Origin: Anaerolineae bacterium
GTDB lineage: Bacteria > Chloroflexota > Anaerolineae > DTPP01
DNA: 64,000 bases
Direction: 5' to 3'
NCBI GenBank assembly: GCA_049969295.1
Contig: JBMFPD010000001.1
Location: 332 to 64,331, forward strand
Positions within the stretch are counted from its first letter, which is position 1, and each line of letters begins with the position of its first letter. The translations under genes were made by a program, and so were the position numbers. Under the pieces are notes generated by a model. The model was not told where the DNA came from and made no database searches. It saw only the letters and a program-made list of their open reading frames with translations. Below, in pieces: positions 22,852 to 31,602 of the stretch.

Positions 22852-23748
22852 CTACCCCTTCAGCGCCCCGGCCAGGAGGCCGCGGGTGACGTACCGCTGG
22901 AGCAAGAGGGCCAGGACCACCGAGGGCAGGAGCCCCATGAGGATGCTGGCGCAGACCAGGGAATAGTAGACGTGGTAGTCGGTGACCAGGGTGGCGATGA
23001 GCACCGGCACGGGGTAGACTTCCGACTTCGTGTTGACGATGAAGGGGATGAGGAACTCGTTCCAGGAGAGGATGAAGACGATCACCCCGGCCGCGCCCAT
23101 CCCGGGGGCTGAGAGGGGCAGCACCACCCGCAGGAAGGAGCCGAACCGGGTGCATCCGTCAATGCGGGCCGCATCCTCCAGTTCCTCCGGCAGGGAGGCG
23201 AAGAAGGACTGCAGGATCCAGATGGTGTACGGAAGGAGGAAGCCCGTCAGGGTGAGGATGACCCCGATGAGGGTGTTCAGGAGTTTGAGGGTCCGCAGGG
23301 TGACGAAGAGGGGGATCATCAGCACCATGAGGGGGACCATGCGGCTGGCCAGGTTGGTGTACATGAAGCCCTGCGTCCACCGCTGGCGGAGCCGGGCGAT
23401 GGCATACGCGGCCATGGACCCGATGACCAGGTTCAACAGGGTCGTCGTGGTGGCGATGATCAGGCTGTTCAGGAAGACGCGCTTGAACTCAAAGACGATC
23501 CTCGGCAGGTGGTAGAAGCCGGTGTCGTGGAGGATGTCCTCCCGGCCGAAGAGGATCACCTGGAAGTTCTGGGCTGTCACCTCTGTGGGGATGAGGCGCA
23601 TGTAATCCTCCACCAGGGACTTCTCCGTCTGGATGGCTCCCAGGAAGAGGAAGAAGACCGGGCCGAGGATGAACAGGGTCACCAGGATGTTGGCCAGGCT
23701 GATGCCCACCGCATCCAACCGAAGCCATCGGCGCAGCGTTCGGGCCAT
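22852..23748 (-). CDS. Carbohydrate ABC transporter permease (MalG-like)
   Basis: Six transmembrane segments and the EAA motif ...ASLPEELEDAARIDG... Confidence 0.85.
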   Translation of the reverse strand: MARTLRRWLRLDAVGISLANILVTLFILGPVFFLFLGAIQTEKSLVEDYMRLIPTEVTAQNFQVILFGREDILHDTGFYHLPRIVFEFKRVFLNSLIIATTTTLLNLVIGSMAAYAIARLRQRWTQGFMYTNLASRMVPLMVLMIPLFVTLRTLKLLNTLIGVILTLTGFLLPYTIWILQSFFASLPEELEDAARIDGCTRFGSFLRVVLPLSAPGMGAAGVIVFILSWNEFLIPFIVNTKSEVYPVPVLIATLVTDYHVYYSLVCASILMGLLPSVVLALLLQRYVTRGLLAGALKG

Positions 23749-23760
23749 GCTCGTTCCTCC

Positions 23761-24717
23761 CTACGCGTACTCCACCCGGCGGTAGACCACCAGGATATAG
23801 GTGACGGTGATGATGGCGATGACCAGGGCCATCACGTAGGCCGCGGCCGCCCCCACGCCGATCTCCAGGTAACTGAAGGCGTGCTGGTAGGTGTACCAGG
23901 AGGCCACCCAGGTCCTGTCGCCCGGCCCCCCAGCCGTGATGGCGAAGATCTCGTCGAAGACCATGAAGGCGAAGGCCGTGCGCAGCACCAGGATGATGGC
24001 CAGGGTGGAGCGGATGAGAGGGAAGGTGATGAAGCGGAACCGCGCCAGGGCCCCGGCTCCATCCACCTTGGCCGCATCGTACAGGTCCTCGGGGATGCCC
24101 TGGAGCGCGGCGTGGAAGAGGAGCACGGAGAAAGGCGTCACCCGCCACATGAAGGCCACCACCACCGAGAAGAGGGCGAGTTTGGGGTTCCCGGCGAACT
24201 GCATGAACTGGTCAATGAGGCCCAGTTTATAGAGGATGACGTTGAGGTAACCGAAGGAAGGGTTGTAGATGTAGAACCACATCAGCCCGTTGGCGATGGG
24301 AGGGACGGCCCAGGGGAGGAGCATCAGGGCCTTGTTGATGGTGCCAAAGACGCGGGCCCGGGTGTCGTTGATGATCAGGGCGATGCTGAGCCCCAGCGTC
24401 ACCTCCAGGGCCACCGTGGACCCCACGAACTCGGCGGAGTGCAGCATGGACCGCCAGAAGACGGGGTCCCGGAAGATGGTCCCGTAGTTCTTGAGACCCA
24501 CGAAGGGCAAGTTCCCCTTGGCCAGGCCCTTGAGGGTCACCTCGTGGAGGGAGAGCCACAGGGCGTAGAGGATGGGGTAGGCGATGATGGCCAGGAGGAA
24601 GAGGACGGCTGGCAGGACCAGGAGGAAGGCCAGGAGGCCTGGCCTGAGTTCGCCCTTGCCCACCCAGGTCCGGAGCCGCGCCCAGAGGGAAGGCCGAAGG
24701 GCCTCGGTCCGCTCCAT
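23761..24717 (-). CDS. Carbohydrate ABC transporter permease (MalF-like)
   Basis: CUT1-type permease with the EAA-like motif ...GIPEDLYDAAKVDGA... Confidence 0.85.
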   Translation of the reverse strand: MERTEALRPSLWARLRTWVGKGELRPGLLAFLLVLPAVLFLLAIIAYPILYALWLSLHEVTLKGLAKGNLPFVGLKNYGTIFRDPVFWRSMLHSAEFVGSTVALEVTLGLSIALIINDTRARVFGTINKALMLLPWAVPPIANGLMWFYIYNPSFGYLNVILYKLGLIDQFMQFAGNPKLALFSVVVAFMWRVTPFSVLLFHAALQGIPEDLYDAAKVDGAGALARFRFITFPLIRSTLAIILVLRTAFAFMVFDEIFAITAGGPGDRTWVASWYTYQHAFSYLEIGVGAAAAYVMALVIAIITVTYILVVYRRVEYA

Positions 24718-24803
24718 GGGAGAACCTCCTCGGTTCGGGAAAGGGGGTGGCCCTGACCTGTTTGCAGGGCCACCCCGCGCGCAGCCTGGGGCCGGTCCGC
24801 GTG

Positions 24804-26225
24804 CTAGCCGGCCACTTCCTTGTGCTTGGCGATCATCTCATCGCAGGCCTGGTCCGCGGTGATCTTGCCGGCCAGGCAGTTGGCGATGGAGACCTGGGCC
24901 GCGTCCTGCCACTTCTGGTGCCAGGGCTTCATCATGGCCGGGACGACGATGAACTTGACCGTGGCCTTCTCCCACTGCTTGAGGTTCAGGTCCACGTCGG
25001 TCCACTTCTTCCAGGCCTCGCGGATGGCCGGGTGGCGGTTCACGCTGTTGAACCCGCTGCCCAGCATGGCCCCGATGCCGTACTTCATGGCCGCGGTGTA
25101 GTTCCCGTCCTTGGTCTTGCCGCCCGCGGCCTGCAGGAGCATCCAGGCCCACTCCTTGCTCTTGGCCGTGGAACCAAGGGTGAAGACCTCTGTCCAGCCC
25201 ATGGTGCGGCCATCGCCGAAGCACATCATCTGCTTGACCCGCCCCTTGATGGGCGATTCAGCCTCGCTGTTCAGGAGGCTCATGTAATAGTGGTGGGGGA
25301 AGAAGTGGAAGGTGTACTTCCCGGTCCAGAAGGCCTTGCAGGCCGGGATGTAGCGCAGTTCCAGCGATTCGGGGGCGGTGATCTTCCATTCCTGGAAGGT
25401 CTTCGCCCACCAGGCCAGGGCTTCGCGGGCCTTGGAGCCAGGGCCGAGGGTGGGGTTGGCGTCCTTGTCAAAGACCGTGCCGCCCCAGTTCCAGACCAAC
25501 TGGTAGAACTGGAAGGTCAGGTGCTCGGCTCCCTGCCCAGCCATCCAGAGGATGGGGTACTCGGCGACGCCATCCTTCTTGAGTTTGAGGCACACATCCA
25601 CCAGTTCTTCGTAGGTCTTGGGGGGCTCGGTGATGCCAGCCTTCTCAAAGTGGTCCTGGAAGTAGGCCCCGATGTGGAACGACTGGTAATAGGGGAGACC
25701 CCAGATCTTGCCGTCCAACTTCACCGTCTGGCGGCAGAGTTCGTTCATGTCGTTCCAGTACTCTTCCACGCCCGGGAGCCCGTCCAGAGGCTGGATGACC
25801 TCGTTGTCAATCCACTCGCCGAGCCAGGGCGTGAGGGTCTTGATGACGTCCATCTGTTCGCCGGCCGCGTAGAGGGTGTTGACCTTGGCGTAGACCTGCT
25901 CCACGTTGGGCTCGGCCACTTTCTCCACCGGGAGCCCCCAGTCCGCCTCAAACTGGGCGGCCACTTCGTCCTCCGTCTTCCCCCAGGGCCAGTAGACCCA
26001 GAAGACCTTGTCGGGCTTGGCAACTGCCGGGGCGGTGGCCCAGGCAGGACCGGCCGGGACTGGGGTGGGCGTGGGAGCAGCAGGAGCCGGCGTGGGGGTG
26101 GGGGGCACAGGTGTGGGCGTGGCCTGGGGGCCACAGGACGCAAGGAGGCCGCTTGCTGCCAGGCCTCCGGCGGTGACGCCCGCCATCTTCAGGAACTGCC
26201 GACGGGTGACCTTCGGACCAGCCAT
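24804..26225 (-). CDS. ABC transporter extracellular sugar-binding lipoprotein with a Tat-type signal
   Basis: MAGPKVTRRQFLKMAG...LLASC combines a twin-arginine motif with a lipobox, followed by a Pro/Thr linker. The start at 26225 follows an AGGAGG, whereas the track start at 26273 does not. SBP_bac_1-like fold. Confidence 0.8.
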   Translation of the reverse strand: MAGPKVTRRQFLKMAGVTAGGLAASGLLASCGPQATPTPVPPTPTPAPAAPTPTPVPAGPAWATAPAVAKPDKVFWVYWPWGKTEDEVAAQFEADWGLPVEKVAEPNVEQVYAKVNTLYAAGEQMDVIKTLTPWLGEWIDNEVIQPLDGLPGVEEYWNDMNELCRQTVKLDGKIWGLPYYQSFHIGAYFQDHFEKAGITEPPKTYEELVDVCLKLKKDGVAEYPILWMAGQGAEHLTFQFYQLVWNWGGTVFDKDANPTLGPGSKAREALAWWAKTFQEWKITAPESLELRYIPACKAFWTGKYTFHFFPHHYYMSLLNSEAESPIKGRVKQMMCFGDGRTMGWTEVFTLGSTAKSKEWAWMLLQAAGGKTKDGNYTAAMKYGIGAMLGSGFNSVNRHPAIREAWKKWTDVDLNLKQWEKATVKFIVVPAMMKPWHQKWQDAAQVSIANCLAGKITADQACDEMIAKHKEVAG

Positions 26226-26490
26226 CTTTTCCCTCCTTTCTGGATGCTTTTGGGGGTGTTGGGTGCAGCCCATTTACAGGCAGCGACTTCGGACTGAAGT
26301 GCCCAAAGGCACCTTCCAAAGGGGTTGTTCCTCCTGGCCTCACCTCCTTTCCTGGCTTCGGCGGAAGAGCGATGGCCTCACGCGCCCCAGGGGCAGGGAA
26401 AGGGCACCTTTGCCCTTGGGTTGTGGGCGGCCAAGGGCGCCGTCTGGGGTATCTGGATCTGCCGCAAGCAAGGGGGATAGTTCCTGAGAC

Positions 26491-26519
26491 GTTATATCAC
26501 AAACCGGTACATCTGTCAA
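26491..26519 (-). promoter_or_regulatory. Sigma-70-like promoter for the ABC operon (-35 TTGACA, 17-nt spacer, -10 TATAAC), giving a ~260-nt leader
   Basis: Read from the reverse complement. The leader contains the palindrome AAGGGCAccttTGCCCTT (~26400). Confidence 0.45.
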
Positions 26520-26622
26520 ATCGCCCGGGCAGGCCTTGCGGCTGCGTTTCGTGGTGGGCCGCCCGAGCGACCCCGCCGCTCGCCCGGCGCTGGCGCAGGA
26601 CGGTGTCCGATGGCCTTCTGAC

Positions 26623-26651
26623 TTGACGCTGCGGGCCTCGCGCCCGTATAA
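26623..26651 (+). promoter_or_regulatory. Sigma-70-like promoter for the NUDIX gene (-35 TTGACG, 17-nt spacer, -10 TATAAT)
   Basis: The -10 hexamer overlaps the first ATG of track ORF 26651, which argues for the downstream start. Confidence 0.5.
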
Positions 26652-26710
26652 TGCCCGCAGCCGCCACAGGGCGGAGCGAGAGGACCCGTCTTCCCCCCGC
26701 AGGAGGGCGC

Positions 26711-27349
26711 ATGCCGAGACCCGAACGCTCCATCTGGACCGTGGAGGATTTCCGCCGGGCGCTTCAGGAACCTCTCCCGGGGCTGGGAGCACAACTGCGG
26801 ATGTCGCCACGGCCCCGCCCCACGCGCCCCTGGCCCCCGGGGCATTCCTCCCGGCGCGCCGGCGTCCTGCTCCTCCTCTACCCGAACGCAGGGGAGTGGT
26901 GGTTCCCCCTGACCCTGCGCACGGAGGGTCTGGCCACCCATCAGGGGCAGGTCTCCCTGCCAGGCGGGGCCTGGGAGCCAGAGGACCCCAACCTCCAGCA
27001 CACCGCCCTGCGGGAAACCGAGGAAGAACTGGGGGTGCCCTCGGAGACGCTCCAGGTGCTGGGCAAACTGACCCCCCTCTACATCCCGCCCAGCGATTTC
27101 TGCATCCACCCCTTTGTGGCCGTGGCAGACGCGCTGCCCCGCCTCCACCCCGACCCCACGGAGGTCGCCCAGGTCATCCAAACGCCCCTCCGGGTCCTCC
27201 TGGACCCAGGGGCGCGTCAGTGGGAAGAGCGGCCGGTGCGCGGCGTGCTGGCCCGTGTCCCCTACTTCGCCATTGAGGGGCACAAGGTCTGGGGGGCCAC
27301 GGCCATGGTCCTTTCGGAGTTCGCCGCCTGCCTGGAACGCCTTGGGTAG
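26711..27349 (+). CDS. NUDIX hydrolase (CoA pyrophosphatase-like)
   Basis: Nudix box GQVSLPGGAWEPEDPNLQHTALRETEEELG. The start at 26711 follows AGGAGGG. Confidence 0.8.
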   Translation: MPRPERSIWTVEDFRRALQEPLPGLGAQLRMSPRPRPTRPWPPGHSSRRAGVLLLLYPNAGEWWFPLTLRTEGLATHQGQVSLPGGAWEPEDPNLQHTALRETEEELGVPSETLQVLGKLTPLYIPPSDFCIHPFVAVADALPRLHPDPTEVAQVIQTPLRVLLDPGARQWEERPVRGVLARVPYFAIEGHKVWGATAMVLSEFAACLERLG

Positions 27350-27398
27350 AGGCGCTGCCTCCTGCGCCCTGGGGCTTGCCGGGCCCCCCGACCCTGGT

Positions 27399-29072
27399 TC
27401 AGGGCACCCGCAGCACCGCCCCCTGCGCCGCCGAGGTCACCAGGGCGGCGTAGCGGGCCAGGTAGCCCGTGGTCACTTTGGGCGGGATGGGCGTCCAGCG
27501 GGCCCGTCGCTCCGCCAGCACCTCCTCGGAGACCAGGAGTTCCAGCTTCCGCGCCGGGATGTCAATGCGGATGCGGTCGCCATCCTCCACCAGGCCGATG
27601 GGCCCACCGGCCATGGCTTCTGGCGAGACATGCCCGACGGCCGCGCCCCGCGTCGCCCCGGAGAAGCGGCCATCCGTCAGAAGGGCCACCCGCCCGTCCA
27701 GGCCCATCCCTGCCAGAGCCGAAGTGGGGGCCAGCATCTCCCGCATCCCCGGGCCGCCCCTGGGCCCTTCGTACCGCACGACCGCCACGTCGCCCGGCTG
27801 GATGCGCCCGCTCAGGATGGCCTCCATGGCCTCCTCTTCGCTGTTGAAGACCCGGGCCGGGCCCTCGTGCACCCGCATCTGCTCCACCACCGCCGACTGC
27901 TTGACCACCGCCCCCTCCGGTGCCAGGTTGCCCCACAGGATGGCGATGCCGCCGTCCGGCGCGTGGGGGTTGTCCACCGTGCGGATGACCTCCGGCCGCC
28001 GGATGCCGGCGCCCTGCAGGTTCTCCCCCACCGTCTGCCCGGTGACGGTCAGGGCGTCCGTCTCCACAAGGCCGTGGCGGGCCAGTTCGGCCATCACCGC
28101 GGGGACCCCGCCCGCACGGTCGAAGTCCTCCAGGTGCCATGGTCCAGCAGGGCTCAGGCGCACCAGGTTGGGCGTGCGCGCGCTGATGGCGTCGAAGAGG
28201 CTCAGGGGCAGGTCCACCCCGGCCTCGTAAGCGATGGCCGGCAGGTGCAGCACCGTGTTGGTGGAGCCACCGATGGCCATGTCCACGGCGATGGCGTTGC
28301 GGAAGGCGGCAGGGGTCAGGATGTCCCGCGGGCGCACACCCTGCTTCAGGAGGTGCATCAGATGCCGGCCGGCTTCCTTCGCCAGCCGCACCCGCGCCGA
28401 GAGGACCGCCGGGATGGTCCCGTTGCCCGGCAGGCCCATGCCCAGGGCCTCCGTCAGGCAGTTCATGGAGTTGGCGGTGAAGAGGCCGCTGCACGACCCA
28501 CAACTGGGGCAGCAGGTCCGTTCCAGTTCGGCCAGTTCCTCGGCCGTGATCTCGCCGGCCTGGAAACGGCCCACGGCCTCCGAGATGGTGGCGTAGTCGG
28601 TGGCCCGGCCCTGGAACTCGCCAGCCAGCATCGGCCCCCCGCTCACGACCACAGCCGGGATGTTCAACCGGGCCGCCGCCATGAGCATCCCCGGCACCAC
28701 CTTGTCGCAGTTGGGGATGAGGACCAGGCCGTCCAGTTCGTGGGCCATGGCCATGGCCTCCACGCTGTCGGCGATGAGTTCCCGGCTGGGGAGAGGGTAG
28801 CGCATCCCCTGGTGCCCCATGGCCATGCCATCGCAGATGGCGATGGCCGGGAACTCCAGGGGCACGCCCCCTTCCATCCGCACCCCTGCCGCGGCGGCCC
28901 GGGCAATGGTATCCAGATGGAGGTGGCCGGGGACCAGGTCGTTCTGGGAATTGACGATGCCGATGAGGGGGCGGCCGATTTCCTCGTCAATGAGGCCGTC
29001 GGCGTAAAGGATGCTCCGGTAAGGTGCACGACGCGGGCTGCGCTGGCGGAACTGGATGCGTTCCTCGTACAT
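27399..29072 (-). CDS. ilvD: Dihydroxy-acid dehydratase
   Basis: 557 aa from [13 protein letters not shown]..., with the motifs CDGMAMG and CPSCGSCSG. The track ORF has an 84-aa spurious N-terminal extension. Confidence 0.9.
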   Translation of the reverse strand: MYEERIQFRQRSPRRAPYRSILYADGLIDEEIGRPLIGIVNSQNDLVPGHLHLDTIARAAAAGVRMEGGVPLEFPAIAICDGMAMGHQGMRYPLPSRELIADSVEAMAMAHELDGLVLIPNCDKVVPGMLMAAARLNIPAVVVSGGPMLAGEFQGRATDYATISEAVGRFQAGEITAEELAELERTCCPSCGSCSGLFTANSMNCLTEALGMGLPGNGTIPAVLSARVRLAKEAGRHLMHLLKQGVRPRDILTPAAFRNAIAVDMAIGGSTNTVLHLPAIAYEAGVDLPLSLFDAISARTPNLVRLSPAGPWHLEDFDRAGGVPAVMAELARHGLVETDALTVTGQTVGENLQGAGIRRPEVIRTVDNPHAPDGGIAILWGNLAPEGAVVKQSAVVEQMRVHEGPARVFNSEEEAMEAILSGRIQPGDVAVVRYEGPRGGPGMREMLAPTSALAGMGLDGRVALLTDGRFSGATRGAAVGHVSPEAMAGGPIGLVEDGDRIRIDIPARKLELLVSEEVLAERRARWTPIPPKVTTGYLARYAALVTSAAQGAVLRVP

Positions 29073-29114
29073 GGCTGGACCTCCTGTGCGAGAATCTCTG
29101 GGACGGATGGGCGG

Positions 29115-29144
29115 ATTATAAACCCCAGCGCGGGCAACCGTCAA
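29115..29144 (-). promoter_or_regulatory. Sigma-70-like promoter for ilvD (-35 TTGACG, 18-nt spacer, -10 TATAAT)
   Basis: Read from the reverse complement. Confidence 0.4.
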
Positions 29145-29204
29145 CCACCAGAGGGGAGTCGGCAGGGCTGTCCCCGTTTTTACAAAAGGGGAAGGCCATG
29201 ACCG

Positions 29205-29298
29205 CTCTTCCCGGCGCAGAGGGCACGCCAGGGAGGCGTACCCTACGGTCTGCTGTGCCAGAAGACGGTCAGAGTTCTGTAAGAATGGGTCAGCCCTG
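29205..29298 (+). repeat. Conserved intergenic element, copy 2
   Basis: ~95% identical to 3716..3807; the palindrome is GGGCACGCC-AGGGA-GGCGTACCC. Confidence 0.7.
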
Positions 29299-29317
29299 CC
29301 CGCGGCCTCCGCGGCAA

Positions 29318-29346
29318 TTGACATTCGGCTGGAGTTCTTTTACAAT
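29318..29346 (+). promoter_or_regulatory. Sigma-70-like promoter for the EF-G paralogue (-35 TTGACA, 17-nt spacer, -10 TACAAT)
   Basis: Consensus hexamers read directly from the sequence. Confidence 0.55.
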
Positions 29347-29473
29347 ATTGATTGGCCCCTCGTCGGTGCTCTTTACTATAGGGCGGGGTTGCATTTCCTC
29401 AGTTCTGCACCGGCCTGGGGTGCCGGGGCGTCCCGGCAAGGCACGATTCAGGAACCGCTTTGAGGAGGGTTGG

Positions 29474-31552
29474 ATGGCGCAGTACGCGTTGGATAAGATC
29501 CGCAACATCGCCCTGCTGGGGCACCTGAGTGCCGGCAAAACGTCGCTGGCCGAGGCCATGCTCTACGACAGCGGGGCGACCACCCGTCTGGGGCGTGTGG
29601 AGGACGGCAACACCGTCACCGACTACGACGCCGAGGAGATCCGCCGCAAGATCTCCGTCAGCATGGCCATGGCCCCCTGCGAGTGGAAGGGGGGCAAGAT
29701 CAACGTCATTGACACGCCCGGCTACGTGGACTTCATCGGCGAGGTGAAGAGCGCGGTCTGGGCCGCCGATGCCGCGGTCATCGTGCTGGATGCCGTCTCC
29801 GGCGTGGAAGTGGGGACCGAACAGGTCTGGTCAGTGGCCGACGAACGGCACCTGCCCCGGCTGGCTTTCATTAATAAGATGGATCGCGAGAACGTCAATC
29901 CCGAAGCGGTCCTCGGGCAGTTGCAGGAGGTCTTCGGGGCCCGCATTGCCCGGGTCCAGATCCCTGTGGGCAAGGAGGCCGGTTTCCGTGGGGTGGTGGA
30001 CCTTCTGACCATGAAGGCGTACCTGGGGCCAGAAGGGAAGCCTCAGGAGATCCCTGCTGAATTGCAGGCTGAGGCCGAGGAGGCCCGCTTTGCCCTGGTG
30101 GAACTGGCGGCAGAAGGCGAGGATGCCCTGCTGGAGAAGTACCTGGAGGAAGGGGCCCTGACGGAAGAGGAGATCGCCCGGGGCCTGCGCACTGCCATCC
30201 TGCGGGGCCAGGTCCTGCCGGTCGTCTACGGGGCAGCCACCGCCAACCTGGGCATCCAGGCCTTCATGGACGCTGTCTTCGCCCTCCTCCCCCACCCCGG
30301 TGAGGTGCCCGTGCGGGCCAGGGACCTGGGCACGGGCGAAGAGGTGGAACTTCGCTCCGAGGAAGATGGGCCCCTGGCCGCCATGGTCTTCAAGACCATG
30401 GCCGACCCCTACGTGGGCAAGATCTCCTACCTGCGCATCTTCTCCGGCGTCCTGGAGTCGGACTCCCGCGTCTTCAACCCCCGGACCGGCCAGGAGGAAC
30501 GGATCGGCCAGCTGGCCATGATGCGGGGCAAGGAGCAGATCCCCGTGCCGGCCCTGCGGGCTGGCGACATCGGCGCGGTGACCAAACTGGCGGAGACGGC
30601 CACGGGCGATACCCTGTGCGACCGGGGGCGGCCCCTGGAACTGCCCCGGCCGACCTTCCCCTACCGGCCCTTCTGGGTGGCGGTGAAGCCGGAGACGAAG
30701 GCCGATGCGGCCAAGATCACCACAGCCCTCACCCGCCTGTGCGAGGAAGACCCCAGCCTGGAGTGGCACCAGGAGCCCAGCACCAAAGAGATGATCCTGA
30801 CGGGCATGGGGGACGTGCACATTGACGTGGCGGCGCGCCGGCTCAAGGAGCGCCTGGGGGTGGGTATCGTGCTGGCCGTGCCCAAGGTCCCCTACCGGGA
30901 AACCATCACCAAGACCGTGAGCACCCAGTACCGCCACAAGAAGCAGACCGGCGGCGCGGGCCAGTTCGCCGAGGTGCACCTGCGGGTGGAACCCCTGGAG
31001 CGGGGGGCTGGGTACGAGTTCGTCTGGGAGGTCTTCGGCGGGCACATCTCCAGTTCCTTCCAGCCCTCCATTGAAAAGGGGATCAAGCAGGTGATGGAAC
31101 AGGGCGTCATCGCCGGGTACCCGGTGGTGGACGTCAAGTGCGCGGTCTATGACGGCAAGGAGCACCCGGTGGACTCCAAGGACATCGCCTTCCAGATCGC
31201 CGGGCGGGAGGTGTTCAAGAAGGCGGTGCTGGAGGCGTCCCCCGTCCTCCTGGAGCCCATCATGAACATCACGGTCACCGTCCCGGAGCAGTTCATGGGC
31301 GATGTCATCAGCGACCTGACCAGCGTGCGCCGGGGCCGCGTGCAGGACACGCAGTTGGAGCACGGCAAGGCCATCATCCGGGGGCAGGCGCCCCTGGCAG
31401 AACTCCTGCGCTACGGGCCGGACCTGCGCTCCATGACCCAGGGGCGGGGCTACTACACCATTGAACTGTCCCACTACGAGGTGGTGCCGCCGCACGTGGC
31501 GGAGCCGGTCATCGCGGCGGCCCGGCGAGAGCGGGAAGAAAAAGAGAGCTGA
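29474..31552 (+). CDS. EF-G-like GTPase paralogue (EF-G2-type) with an atypical G-domain: P-loop GHLSAGKTS, switch II DTPGYVDF (catalytic His replaced by Tyr)
   Basis: 692 aa from MAQYALDKIRNIALLG..., after the RBS GAGGAGGG. All five EF-G domains are recognisable. The track ORF has a 150-aa spurious extension. Confidence 0.85.
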   Translation: MAQYALDKIRNIALLGHLSAGKTSLAEAMLYDSGATTRLGRVEDGNTVTDYDAEEIRRKISVSMAMAPCEWKGGKINVIDTPGYVDFIGEVKSAVWAADAAVIVLDAVSGVEVGTEQVWSVADERHLPRLAFINKMDRENVNPEAVLGQLQEVFGARIARVQIPVGKEAGFRGVVDLLTMKAYLGPEGKPQEIPAELQAEAEEARFALVELAAEGEDALLEKYLEEGALTEEEIARGLRTAILRGQVLPVVYGAATANLGIQAFMDAVFALLPHPGEVPVRARDLGTGEEVELRSEEDGPLAAMVFKTMADPYVGKISYLRIFSGVLESDSRVFNPRTGQEERIGQLAMMRGKEQIPVPALRAGDIGAVTKLAETATGDTLCDRGRPLELPRPTFPYRPFWVAVKPETKADAAKITTALTRLCEEDPSLEWHQEPSTKEMILTGMGDVHIDVAARRLKERLGVGIVLAVPKVPYRETITKTVSTQYRHKKQTGGAGQFAEVHLRVEPLERGAGYEFVWEVFGGHISSSFQPSIEKGIKQVMEQGVIAGYPVVDVKCAVYDGKEHPVDSKDIAFQIAGREVFKKAVLEASPVLLEPIMNITVTVPEQFMGDVISDLTSVRRGRVQDTQLEHGKAIIRGQAPLAELLRYGPDLRSMTQGRGYYTIELSHYEVVPPHVAEPVIAAARREREEKES

Positions 31553-31565
31553 TTCCACACCCCAA

Positions 31566-31602
31566 GGAGGGCAGGGCCGCAGCCCTGCCCTCCTTTTCTT
31601 TT
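31566..31602. terminator. Rho-independent terminator (12-bp stem GGAGGGCAGGGC/GCCCTGCCCTCC followed by TTTTCTTTT) after the EF-G paralogue
   Basis: Read directly from the sequence. Confidence 0.7.

Noticed and set aside
26161-26281. Apparent one-nucleotide register conflict between the printed sequence and the ORF track. The printed line starts 'caggcctccg' where the track frames imply 'aggcctccgg', and a 'g' seems to be missing at 26280/26281. Read literally, this would frameshift the SBP signal-peptide region.
   Set aside because: Three independent track ORFs (24804..26273-, 25948..26343-, 26008..26487+) are mutually consistent with an intact SBP gene. I treated it as a display or transcription discrepancy, possibly my misreading, not as a pseudogene. 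It does not change any call.
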